Shown here in pieces: positions 1-8,109 of a stretch of DNA of 15,531 nt. The position numbers were made by a program, and so were the translations under genes. This DNA is from Candidatus Eiseniibacteriota bacterium. Its GTDB lineage: Bacteria > ARS69. The stretch covers positions 1 to 15,531 of the forward strand of contig JBQTGV010000082.1 in the NCBI GenBank assembly GCA_052390515.1, read 5' to 3'. The notes below the pieces were generated by a model. It made no database searches. It was given only the letters and a program-made list of their open reading frames with translations, and was not told the DNA's origin. Within the stretch, counting starts at the first letter, position 1. The number at the start of each line of letters is the position of its first letter.

Positions 1-2
1 TG

Positions 3-932
3 GGTGTGGCCGGGGAGCTGGCCCGCGCCGGTGCTCCGCGGGTGCGCCGGTGGCGCATCGAGTCGTCGTCCGCGTCCGTCGTGGGCGAACTGCCGGCCGG
101 CGGTGGGCTGGGTGTGGCGCGGCGCACGTTCGACGCGCTGCTCCGCCGGCGAGCCGCCGCTCTCGGCGCTTTCGTCCGCGAAGGCGAGCGCGTGGCTGCG
201 GTCGAGCGCGCCGGCACGGGCTTCGTCGTCCGCACCGCGCTCGGCGCCGAGCTCTCGGCGCGGCGGCTCATCGTGGCGGCGGGACGCGGCGCGCGCCTGC
301 CCGGCGTGCCGGTGCGGGACACGCCGGCGGTGCCCGGATTCGTCGCGCTCAAGGCGCACTTTCGCGGCGAGGCCGACCGCGACCTTGTGCAGCTCTTCCC
401 GCTGGGTGGAGCGTACGTGGGCATCGCTCCGGTCGGGCCGGGCACGTTCAACGTGTGCTTCCTCGCCCGGCGCTCCGCGTTCCGCGAAGCCGGGAAGTCG
501 GCCGAGGCGCTCCTCGACGAGGGGGCGCGGCGCAACGCGGCCTTCGCCCGGGCGCGATGCGCGCTCGAGCGGGAGAGTCCGTGGACGGCGGCGGCGTCGA
601 TGAGCTGGCGGGGCGCACGTCCCGAACAGCGCGGCATCCTCTTCGCCGGCGATTCCGCCGCGGAGATCGCCCCGTTCCTCGGCGAAGGTCTGTCGCTCGC
701 GCTGGAGAGCGGCCGGCTTGCCGCGTCGCACGTGGACGCACCCGCCGGCTCGTACGCGCGCGAGTGGTCGCGTCGGTTCGCGGGGCGCCTGCGGACCGGC
801 CGCGCGCTGCAGCGCGTGCTGCTTTCGGCGCGTGGAGCCGACCTGGCCGTCCGCGCGCTGGCGCGCTGGCCGGGGCTCGCCGAGCGGATCGTGCTCGGCA
901 CCCGTTCGCGCGAGCTTCTCGCGGTGCCGTGA
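3..932 (+). CDS. FAD/NAD(P)-dependent oxidoreductase (geranylgeranyl reductase/FixC-like flavoprotein), 5'-truncated by the window edge
   Basis: The frame is open from position 3, so the GTG at 6 is probably internal. The translation contains 'RRTFDALLRRRAAALGA', 'ARRLIVAAGR' (DG-motif position) and 'LFAGDSAAEIAPFLGEGLSLALESGRLAA' (GD...P..GEG FAD-binding motif of the GGR/PHBH-fold family). The N-terminal GxGxxG motif is absent, consistent with truncation. Stop TGA at 930-932. Confidence 0.85.
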   Translation, partial: GVAGELARAGAPRVRRWRIESSSASVVGELPAGGGLGVARRTFDALLRRRAAALGAFVREGERVAAVERAGTGFVVRTALGAELSARRLIVAAGRGARLPGVPVRDTPAVPGFVALKAHFRGEADRDLVQLFPLGGAYVGIAPVGPGTFNVCFLARRSAFREAGKSAEALLDEGARRNAAFARARCALERESPWTAAASMSWRGARPEQRGILFAGDSAAEIAPFLGEGLSLALESGRLAASHVDAPAGSYAREWSRRFAGRLRTGRALQRVLLSARGADLAVRALARWPGLAERIVLGTRSRELLAVP

Positions 933-957
933 TAGGATCCGCGCGGGAGGGCGGAGG

Positions 958-1662
958 ATGAGGGCGGTCGTGCTGGCCGGCGGGGTGGGAGCGCGGCTCG
1001 CGCCGTACACCGTGGCGCTGCCCAAGCCGCTCATGCCGCTCGGCTCCCACCCGGTGCTCGAGATCATCGTCCGGCAGCTTCGCCGGCAGGGCTTCGAGCG
1101 CGTGACGATGGCCGTCGGCCACCTCGGGGAAGTGCTGCAGGCCTTCTTCGGCGACGGCGCGAAGTACGGACTCACCATCGACTACTCGCGGGAGGAGCGG
1201 CCGCTCGGGACCGCAGGTCCGCTGCGTAGGATCACCGATCTCGAGGAGGACTTCCTCGTGGTGAACGGGGACATCCTCACCGACATCGACTTCCGCATGG
1301 TGCTCGAGCGCCACCGGCAGCAGGGCAACGATGCGACGATCGCGGTGTGCGAGAAGGAGGTGCGAATCGGGCTCGGCGTGCTGCAGCGCGATCCGGAAGG
1401 GCGCATCGTCCGCTACGACGAGAAACCGACGTTCCGCTACGAGGTCTCCATGGGGGTGTACGCGCTGTCGCGCGGCGTGGTGCCGCTGATCTCCGCGGAG
1501 TATTGCGACTTTCCCGATCTCGTGCTCGAGCTCATCCGCCGCGGACGGCGCATCCGCGCGTTCGGGTTCGAAGGGGTGTGGCTGGACCTCGGCCGGCCGG
1601 AGGATTACGCGAAGGCGGTCGAGGCGTTCGAGAAGGAGCCGGGGCGGTTCCTGGAGGGGTGA
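958..1662 (+). CDS. Sugar-phosphate nucleotidyltransferase (NTP_transferase family, single domain, 234 aa)
   Basis: The true start is ATG 958 (GGGAGG at 945-950), not 718 as in the ORF track. It begins MRAVVLAGGVGARLAPYTVALPKPLMP (GxGxRL..PKP signature) and also has 'EERPLGTAG', 'VVNGDILTD', 'YDEKP' and 'WLDLGRPEDY'. There is no C-terminal left-handed beta-helix. Substrate cannot be determined from sequence. Confidence 0.92.
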   Translation: MRAVVLAGGVGARLAPYTVALPKPLMPLGSHPVLEIIVRQLRRQGFERVTMAVGHLGEVLQAFFGDGAKYGLTIDYSREERPLGTAGPLRRITDLEEDFLVVNGDILTDIDFRMVLERHRQQGNDATIAVCEKEVRIGLGVLQRDPEGRIVRYDEKPTFRYEVSMGVYALSRGVVPLISAEYCDFPDLVLELIRRGRRIRAFGFEGVWLDLGRPEDYAKAVEAFEKEPGRFLEG

Positions 1663-1666
1663 GGGG

Positions 1667-4600
1667 ATGGTCGTCGGACAGGTCGCTCCGCTCGCGGTCG
1701 CGCTCTCGGGTGCGCCGCTCTGGACCGGACAGCCCAATCAGACGAGTGCGCACTACGGCTGGTCCGTCGCCGCCGCGGGGGACGTGAACGGCGACGGCTT
1801 CTCCGACGTGATCGTGGGCGCGCGCGACTACGACGCAGGCCAGTCCAGCGAGGGACGCGCGTTCGTGTACCACGGGAGCGCCGCCGGCCCCGCGCCCGCC
1901 GCGAGCTGGACGGCGGAGCCGGATCTGGCACTGGCCTTCTTCGGGCAGACCGTCGCGCCGGCCGGCGACGTGAACGGCGACGGCTTCGCCGACGTGGTGG
2001 TCGGCGCGGCGAACTTCGCCGCGTCCTTCACCGGCGAGGGGCGCGCGTTCGTGTATGTGGGATCGAGCGGCGGCCTCGCCGCAGCGCCGGCCTGGACGAA
2101 GGACGGCGGGAAGCTGAGCGCCACGCTCGGCAGCGGCGCCGCCTCCGCCGGCGACGTGAACGGCGACGGCTTCGACGACCTGATCGTGGGCTCGCGCGGG
2201 TACACCGGTTCCTTCACGAGCGAAGGCCGCGCGCAGGTCTTCCTGGGAGGGCCGGCCGGCCTCGACTCCACCGCGGTCTGGACGGTGCTCGGCGGACAGA
2301 TGGACGCGGCGCTCGGCTGGTCTGTGGCCGGCGCCGGCGACCTGAACGCGGACGGATACGCCGACGTGATCGTGGGTGCCTTCTTCTTCGACGGCGGGCT
2401 CACCGACGAGGGCCGGGCCGACGTGTACCTCGGCGGCCCCGGCGGGCCGGCGGCGACGCCTGCGTGGACGGCCGAGGGGAACCTGGCCGGCGCGACCTTC
2501 GGCTGGTCGGTGGCTGGCGCCGGCGACGTGAACGGCGACGGATACGCGGACGTGATCGTCGGCGCGCGCTATCACACCGGTTCGTTCCTCGAGGAAGGGC
2601 GCGCGTACGTCTTCGCCGGGACGCCCGCCGGAGTCGCGGCGGCGCCCGCATGGTTCTTCGACGGCGGCGAGATCAAGGCGAACCTCGGCTGGTCGGTCGG
2701 CACCGCCGGAGACGTGAACGGCGACGGATACGCGGACGTGATCGTCGGCGCGTACCGCGAGGACGAGGGCTGGATCGACGCCGGTCGCGTGCTCGTCTTC
2801 GCCGGATCGGCGACGGGCCTCGGCGCCGCCCCGATCTGGACCGCGGGCGGCGGGCAGCAGGGAGCGCAGCTCGGCTGGTCGGTCTCCGGCGCCGGGGACG
2901 TGGACGGTGACGGCTTCGCCGACGTGATCGCCGGCGCGGACTTCTGGGACGGCGGGCAGATGGACGAGGGCGCGGCCTTCGTCTGGCGCGGCGGCGGTGC
3001 GCTGCCCGGAGCTTCGCCCGCCTGGCGCGGTGCCGCCGGCCCCGGCGCGATCTCCTACGGCGCGTCGCTCGAGACGGCCGGCGACGTGAACGGCGACGGC
3101 CGCTCCGATCTGCTGGCAGCGGATCCGCTGTGGTCGGGCGTGGCCGTCGGCGCGGGCCGGGTGGACCTCTACCTGGGAACGCCGGCGGGCCCCGACGCGT
3201 CCCCGGACTGGACCGACGCCGGCGTGCAGTCCGGCGCGTCCCACGGGCGTTCCGCCAGCGGCGCCGGTGACGTCGACGGCGACGGATACGACGACGTTAT
3301 CGTCGGCGCTCCGCTGCACGACACGCCCGTGCTCGACGCCGGACGCGTGGTCCTCTTCGGGGGATCCTCCGGCGGGTTGGCGACGACCGAGTCGTGGGAG
3401 GTGCTGGGCAACGCTGCCTCGCTCTTCCTCGGCCAGTCGGTCTGCGGGGCCGGCGATTTGGACGCGGACGGCTTCGCCGACGTCGTCGTCGGCGCGCCCG
3501 GCGGGGACGAGGTGCACGTGTTCCTCGGGTCGCCGTCGGGCTTGCCGTTCGTGCCGGACCTGGTGCTCTCGGGAACGCAGAGCGGCGCCCAGTTCGGCTG
3601 GTCCGTGGCGCCGGCCGGCGACGTGGACGGCGACGGATTCTCCGACGTGCTCGTCGGCGAGCCGGGCGCGGCGAACGGCGAGGCGGAGGAGGGGCGCGCG
3701 CACCTCTTCCTCGGAACGAACGCGGGGCTGGCGCCGGCGCCGGCCCGGTCGGTCGAGGCGAACCAGATCGGCGCCCGGCTCGGGGATCGGGTCGCCGCCG
3801 CCGGCGACGTGAACGGCGACGGCTTCTCCGACGTGCTGCTCGTCGCGCGGCTGTGGGACGGGGGCGAAGAGGACGAGGGGCGCGCGTTCCTCTATCTCGG
3901 CGCGCCGTCGGGCCTGGACCCGATTCCCGCGTGGACCGCCGAAGCCGACCAGGCCGGCGCCGAGCTGGGCGAAGCGCGCGGCGTGGGCGATCTCGACGGG
4001 GACGGCCTGGGCGACGTGGTCACCGGGGCCTCGCTCTTCACCGGCAGCTCCTCATTAGAAGGGAGGATCTCGCTCTGGCTGGGGACGGCGTCGGGGCTCG
4101 CCGCCGCGCCGGCCGTCGAGCGGCTCGGGGGCGCGGTCTTGGCGCGACTCGGGGAGCGCGTGGCCGGCCCGGGCGACGTCCACGGCGACGGCTGGAACGA
4201 CTTGATCGCGGCGGCGCCGGGCTGGGCGGACTCGGTCTCCTCCGGTGGCGCCGCCTTCCTGCACGCCGGCAACGGGGGCGGCGGCCTCGACCGCGCGGCG
4301 CGGCAGCTGCGCGCCGGCACCGCGACTCCCGTCGCGCTGCTCGGTGCGTCGGACTCGCAGAGCGGATTCGTGATCGAGGCGGCGCTGCGCTCCGCCGCCG
4401 GGCGCGCGCGCGTCGCGCTGGCGTGGGACGTGGAGCGGCTCGGCATTGCGTTCGGCGGCGCGGCGGCGCTCGGGCCGACGGTGGACACCGGCGCGCCGGT
4501 CGCGGGAATCGGGAGCCGCGCGACGACCACCGCGGCGGCGCTCGGACTCTCCTTCTCGCGGGCGTACCGCTGGCGCTGCCGCACGGTGAGCGCTTCGCCC

Positions 4601-4984
4601 TGGTTCCCGAGGACGCCGTGGCAGCACCTCCCGGGCAACGCCCCGGGCGAGACCGATCTGCGCACCGCGCCCGGACCGGTGGGCGTCGCGTCCGTGCCGG
4701 CGGCGCCGGTGGCTGCGGTGCGCCTCGCACTCTCGCCTTCGCCCTTCCGTGACGTCCTGCGCATCGCGTTCCGCACGCCGGCCGCGGGATCCGTTGCCCT
4801 CGACGTGCACGACGTCGGCGGGCGCCTCGTGGCCGTGCTGCTCGCCGGCCCGGTCGGTCCGGGAGAGCACGCGGTGAGCTGGGACGGACGCGGGCCGGAC
4901 GGCCCGGTTGCGCCGGGTGTGTACTTCGTGAGGCTCTCCACCCCGTCCGGCGGCGCGTCGGAGCGGACTGTCCGGCTGCGCTGA
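1667..4984 (+). CDS. FG-GAP (integrin-alpha-like) repeat protein: 14 repeats, a beta-rich middle domain and a C-terminal FlgD-Ig/T9SS-CTD-like domain
   Basis: 1105-aa ORF starting 4 nt after the previous stop. I count 14 copies of (F/L/Y/H)GxSVAxAGD(V/L)(N/D)GDG(F/Y)xD(V/L)IVGA...GRAx(V/L)(F/Y)xG. The C-terminus 'SPSPFRDVLRIAF...VALDVHDVGGRLV...VSWDGRG...GVYFVRL' matches the FlgD_ig/secretion C-terminal sorting pattern. Confidence 0.92.
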   Translation: MVVGQVAPLAVALSGAPLWTGQPNQTSAHYGWSVAAAGDVNGDGFSDVIVGARDYDAGQSSEGRAFVYHGSAAGPAPAASWTAEPDLALAFFGQTVAPAGDVNGDGFADVVVGAANFAASFTGEGRAFVYVGSSGGLAAAPAWTKDGGKLSATLGSGAASAGDVNGDGFDDLIVGSRGYTGSFTSEGRAQVFLGGPAGLDSTAVWTVLGGQMDAALGWSVAGAGDLNADGYADVIVGAFFFDGGLTDEGRADVYLGGPGGPAATPAWTAEGNLAGATFGWSVAGAGDVNGDGYADVIVGARYHTGSFLEEGRAYVFAGTPAGVAAAPAWFFDGGEIKANLGWSVGTAGDVNGDGYADVIVGAYREDEGWIDAGRVLVFAGSATGLGAAPIWTAGGGQQGAQLGWSVSGAGDVDGDGFADVIAGADFWDGGQMDEGAAFVWRGGGALPGASPAWRGAAGPGAISYGASLETAGDVNGDGRSDLLAADPLWSGVAVGAGRVDLYLGTPAGPDASPDWTDAGVQSGASHGRSASGAGDVDGDGYDDVIVGAPLHDTPVLDAGRVVLFGGSSGGLATTESWEVLGNAASLFLGQSVCGAGDLDADGFADVVVGAPGGDEVHVFLGSPSGLPFVPDLVLSGTQSGAQFGWSVAPAGDVDGDGFSDVLVGEPGAANGEAEEGRAHLFLGTNAGLAPAPARSVEANQIGARLGDRVAAAGDVNGDGFSDVLLVARLWDGGEEDEGRAFLYLGAPSGLDPIPAWTAEADQAGAELGEARGVGDLDGDGLGDVVTGASLFTGSSSLEGRISLWLGTASGLAAAPAVERLGGAVLARLGERVAGPGDVHGDGWNDLIAAAPGWADSVSSGGAAFLHAGNGGGGLDRAARQLRAGTATPVALLGASDSQSGFVIEAALRSAAGRARVALAWDVERLGIAFGGAAALGPTVDTGAPVAGIGSRATTTAAALGLSFSRAYRWRCRTVSASPWFPRTPWQHLPGNAPGETDLRTAPGPVGVASVPAAPVAAVRLALSPSPFRDVLRIAFRTPAAGSVALDVHDVGGRLVAVLLAGPVGPGEHAVSWDGRGPDGPVAPGVYFVRLSTPSGGASERTVRLR
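1754..4270 (+). repeat. Intragenic array of 14 FG-GAP repeats (about 60 aa / about 186 bp period)
   Basis: Recurrent GGCGACGTGAACGGCGACGG-type core encoding DxDGDG Ca2+-binding loops. Repeats 5 and 6 share an identical 42-nt segment (2525-2566 = 2711-2752, offset 186 bp). Confidence 0.9.
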
Positions 4985-5026
4985 GGCGCGGTACCCTCGG
5001 CGGCCAGAGTCCCGCGGAGGAACCCG

Positions 5027-6691
5027 ATGGCAGCCCCGTCCCGCACCGTGCGCGCTCCGAGAGGCACCGAGCTCTCCTGCCGCTCCTGGCAGACCGAAGC
5101 CGCGCTGCGCATGCTCATGAACAACCTCGACCCCGAGGTGGCCGAGCTGCCGGAGCAGCTCATCGTTTACGGCGGCTCCGGCCGCGCCGCGCGCAGCTGG
5201 CAGGCGTTCGACGACCTGGTGCGCACGCTGCGCCGCCTCGCGGACGACGAGACGCTGTGCGTGCAGTCCGGGAAGCCGGTCGGCGTGTTCCGCACGACGC
5301 GGGACGCGCCGCGCGTGCTGATCGCCAATTCGAACCTCGTGGGCCGCTGGGCGAACTGGGACGAGTTCCGGCGGCTCGAGGCACTTGGACTCACCATGTA
5401 CGGGCAGATGACCGCGGGCAGCTGGATCTACATCGGCACGCAGGGCATTCTCCAGGGCACGTTCGAGACCTTTGCGGCGCTCGCCGAGCAGCACTTCGGC
5501 GGCGACTTCTCCCGCCGCTTCGTCTTGACCGCCGGTCTCGGCGGCATGGGCGGCGCGCAGCCGCTCGCGGCGACGATGAACGGCGGCGTGTGCCTCGTGG
5601 CCGAGGTAGACGCGGCGCGGATCCGGCGGCGGCTCGACACGCGCTACCTCGACGAGCAGGCTGGCACCTTCGAGGAGGCCATGGCGAAGGTGAAGGACGC
5701 GCTCGCCCAGCGCCGCGCGCGCTCCATCGGCATCGAGATGAACGCCGCCGACCTCTTCGAGCGTGTCCTCCGCGGCGATCTTCGCCCCGACGTCGTGACC
5801 GATCAGACCTCGGCGCACGACCTCCTCGACGGGTACGTGCCGGCGGGGATTCCGTACGCCGACGCGCTGCGGCTGCGCCGGTCCGATTCGCGGGAGTACG
5901 TGCGCCGTGCGCGGGAGACCGCCGTCCGCCACGTGCAGACGATGCAGGAGCTGCATGCTCGCGGCTCCGTCGTGTTCGACTACGGAAACAACCTGCGCGG
6001 GGCCGCCGAGGAAGGGGGCCTGGCGAACGCGTACACGTACCCGGGCTTCGTCCCGGCGTACATCCGCCCGCTCTTCTGCCGCGGCAAGGGACCGTTTCGC
6101 TGGGCCGCGCTCTCCGGCGACGCGGCGGACATCGCCGCGACCGACGAGGCTCTCCTCGCCGCGTTTCCGGAGGACCGCGTGCTCGCGCGGTGGCTGCCGC
6201 TCGCAGCGGAGCGCGTGACCTTCCAGGGACTGCCGGCGCGGATCTGCTGGCTCGGCTACGGGGAGCGGGAGCGCGCCGGACGCGTGTTCAACGAGCTCGT
6301 GGCGAGCGGGCGGGTGAAGGCGCCGCTGGTGATCGGCCGGGACCACCTGGACTGCGGCTCGGTGGCCTCGCCCTACCGTGAGACCGAGGCGATGAAGGAC
6401 GGGAGTGACGCCATAGCCGACTGGCCGCTGCTCAACGCGATGCTGAACACCGCCTGCGGCGCGACCTGGGTGAGCTTCCACCACGGCGGCGGCGTCGGCA
6501 TCGGCAACTCGCTGCACGCCGGCATGGTCATCGTGGCCGACGGGACGAGGGAGGCGGGCGCACGGCTCGATCGCGTGCTCACCGCCGATCCGGGCACCGG
6601 GGTGATGCGCCACGCCGACGCCGGCTACGAGCTGGCCGTGGAGGTGGCCCGGGCGAAGGGCCTCGACCTGCCCGGCATCACCGACCGATGA
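5027..6691 (+). CDS. hutU: Urocanate hydratase (urocanase)
   Basis: 554 aa; RBS GGAGG at 5016-5020. Hallmark segments are '[17 protein letters not shown]', '[25 protein letters not shown]', '[14 protein letters not shown]', 'TDQTSAHD', '[19 protein letters not shown]' and '[11 protein letters not shown]'. Confidence 0.99.
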   Translation: MAAPSRTVRAPRGTELSCRSWQTEAALRMLMNNLDPEVAELPEQLIVYGGSGRAARSWQAFDDLVRTLRRLADDETLCVQSGKPVGVFRTTRDAPRVLIANSNLVGRWANWDEFRRLEALGLTMYGQMTAGSWIYIGTQGILQGTFETFAALAEQHFGGDFSRRFVLTAGLGGMGGAQPLAATMNGGVCLVAEVDAARIRRRLDTRYLDEQAGTFEEAMAKVKDALAQRRARSIGIEMNAADLFERVLRGDLRPDVVTDQTSAHDLLDGYVPAGIPYADALRLRRSDSREYVRRARETAVRHVQTMQELHARGSVVFDYGNNLRGAAEEGGLANAYTYPGFVPAYIRPLFCRGKGPFRWAALSGDAADIAATDEALLAAFPEDRVLARWLPLAAERVTFQGLPARICWLGYGERERAGRVFNELVASGRVKAPLVIGRDHLDCGSVASPYRETEAMKDGSDAIADWPLLNAMLNTACGATWVSFHHGGGVGIGNSLHAGMVIVADGTREAGARLDRVLTADPGTGVMRHADAGYELAVEVARAKGLDLPGITDR

Positions 6692-7980
6692 GCCGGCCCC
6701 GCGCCGACCTGATCGTCGAGAACGCCTCCGAGGTTCTCACCATGGAGCGGCGCGGGCTCTCCGGGCCGCGGCGCGGCGCGGATCTCCGCGAGCTCGGACG
6801 AATCGAGCGCGGCGCCGTCGCCGTCCAGGGCGAGCGCATCGCCTGGGTCGGTCCCGCCGCACAGCTCGCGTCGGCGGTGGAAGCGGACGCGCGCACGGTT
6901 CGCGTGGACGCCCGCGGCGGCACGGTCACGCCCGGGTTCGTCGATTCGCACACGCATCTCGTCTTCGCCGGCTCGCGTCACGACGAGTTCGAGCAGCGCC
7001 TGCTGGGCCGGACGTACCTCGAGATCGCGGCGGCGGGCGGCGGCATCCGCTCCTCGGTGCGGCACCTGCGCGCGGCCTCGGAAGAAGACCTCGTGCGCCT
7101 CGCGCGGGAACGGCTCGACCTGCTGCTCCTGCACGGGACGACGACGGTGGAGTGCAAGAGCGGTTACGGTCTCGCCACGGAGCACGAGCTGAAGCAGATC
7201 CGCGCGCTCGCGCGGGTTGCCGCGGGACATCCGGTCGAGACCGTGTCGACGTTCCTCGGCGCGCACGAGTTCCCGCCGGAGTTCGCGCAGGACCGCGAGG
7301 GGTACGTCGACCTGCTCGTCGCCGAGATGATCCCGGCGGCGGCGGAGACCGGCCTCTGCGAGTTCTGCGACGTCTTCTGCGAGCGCGGCGTCTACACCCC
7401 GGAGCAAGCCGAGCGCGTGCTTCGCGCCGGCCTCGATCACGGCCTTCGCCCGCGGCTCCACGCCGACGAGTTCGCGCCGTCGGGAGCGGCGGAGCTCGCC
7501 GCGCGCATCGGAGCGCTCTCCGCCGATCACCTGAGCGCCGTCTCCGACGAGGGCATCGAGGCGCTGGCGCGCTCCCGCACGATTGGCACGCTGCTTCCCG
7601 GTACGACCTTCTCCTGCCGCATTCCGCCGGCCGCCGCGCGCCGCCTCGTCGAAGCGGGGATCGCGCTCGCCATCGCCACGGACTTGAATCCGGGCAGCTC
7701 CGCGGTCGAGTCCATGGGCGTGGTCATCGGGCTCGCCTGCCTGCACCTCGGCATGCTTCCGTCCGAGGCGTTCGTCGCCGCGACCTTCAATGCGGCCGCC
7801 TCCCTGGACCGGGCCGACCGCATCGGCTCGCTCGCGCCGGGCAAGCAGGCCGACGTCCTCGTGCTCTCGGTGAGCGATCACCGCATCGTTCCCTACCGCT
7901 TCGGCACGAACCATGTCCGCACCGTGGTGAAGCGGGGGCGCGTCGTGGTGGAGGACGGGCGCCTCGTCGCCGGCCTGTAA
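6688..7980 (+). CDS. hutI: Imidazolonepropionase
   Basis: 430 aa, ATGA overlap with the hutU stop. Amidohydrolase metal ligands and HutI motifs: '[14 protein letters not shown]', '[11 protein letters not shown]', '[13 protein letters not shown]', 'TFLGAH', 'DVFCE', 'LHADE', 'SADHL', 'ATDLNPGS'. Confidence 0.98.
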   Translation: MSRPRADLIVENASEVLTMERRGLSGPRRGADLRELGRIERGAVAVQGERIAWVGPAAQLASAVEADARTVRVDARGGTVTPGFVDSHTHLVFAGSRHDEFEQRLLGRTYLEIAAAGGGIRSSVRHLRAASEEDLVRLARERLDLLLLHGTTTVECKSGYGLATEHELKQIRALARVAAGHPVETVSTFLGAHEFPPEFAQDREGYVDLLVAEMIPAAAETGLCEFCDVFCERGVYTPEQAERVLRAGLDHGLRPRLHADEFAPSGAAELAARIGALSADHLSAVSDEGIEALARSRTIGTLLPGTTFSCRIPPAAARRLVEAGIALAIATDLNPGSSAVESMGVVIGLACLHLGMLPSEAFVAATFNAAASLDRADRIGSLAPGKQADVLVLSVSDHRIVPYRFGTNHVRTVVKRGRVVVEDGRLVAGL

Positions 7981-8109
7981 CGCCGCCGTCCTTGGCTCCG
8001 CCGCGGCAGCAACGACGTTCGACCCATCGGCTCCTCCTGTCGGGACGGGCTGGCCTCAAGCCTTCTCCGTGAAAGGCCGAAGGGAGAGGGAGCCGGCCGG
8101 AGGAGTCCA

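Noticed and set aside
718..957. Extended start of the nucleotidyltransferase given in the ORF track
   Set aside because: It overlaps the oxidoreductase gene. The family signature begins at ATG 958, which has an RBS.
1532..3703. 723-aa antisense ORF with apparent repeats (VAVHVAG…)
   Set aside because: It mirrors the FG-GAP gene on the opposite strand. Its periodicity derives from the GDVNGDG codons, and long stop-free antisense frames are expected at this GC content.
4049..4062. Short AT-rich patch with rare codons (TCA TTA GAA) inside the FG-GAP gene
   Set aside because: It is too short, the frame stays open and the repeat register is kept (SSLEGRI), so it is not an insertion scar I can support.
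1775..4200. Regularly spaced DNA repeats resembling a CRISPR array or a DGR template/variable repeat pair
   Set aside because: The repeats are degenerate, in frame, spaced about 186 bp apart and encode protein motifs. There are no cas or reverse transcriptase genes, and I noticed no adenine-specific mismatch pattern.
4055..6613. 852-aa antisense ORF, and similar ones at 448-1737, 6625-7914, 8056-9624, 10204-12075, 12851-14095 and 14092-15486
   Set aside because: Each lies opposite a clearly identifiable + strand gene, is Arg/Gly/Ala/His-rich and has no recognisable motifs. These are shadow ORFs.
7981..8109. Possible c-di-GMP or other known riboswitch, or intrinsic terminator after hutI
   Set aside because: I could not match the conserved core of any riboswitch class I know, and no hairpin is followed by a U-tract. 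It is kept only as a low-interest structured-leader finding.
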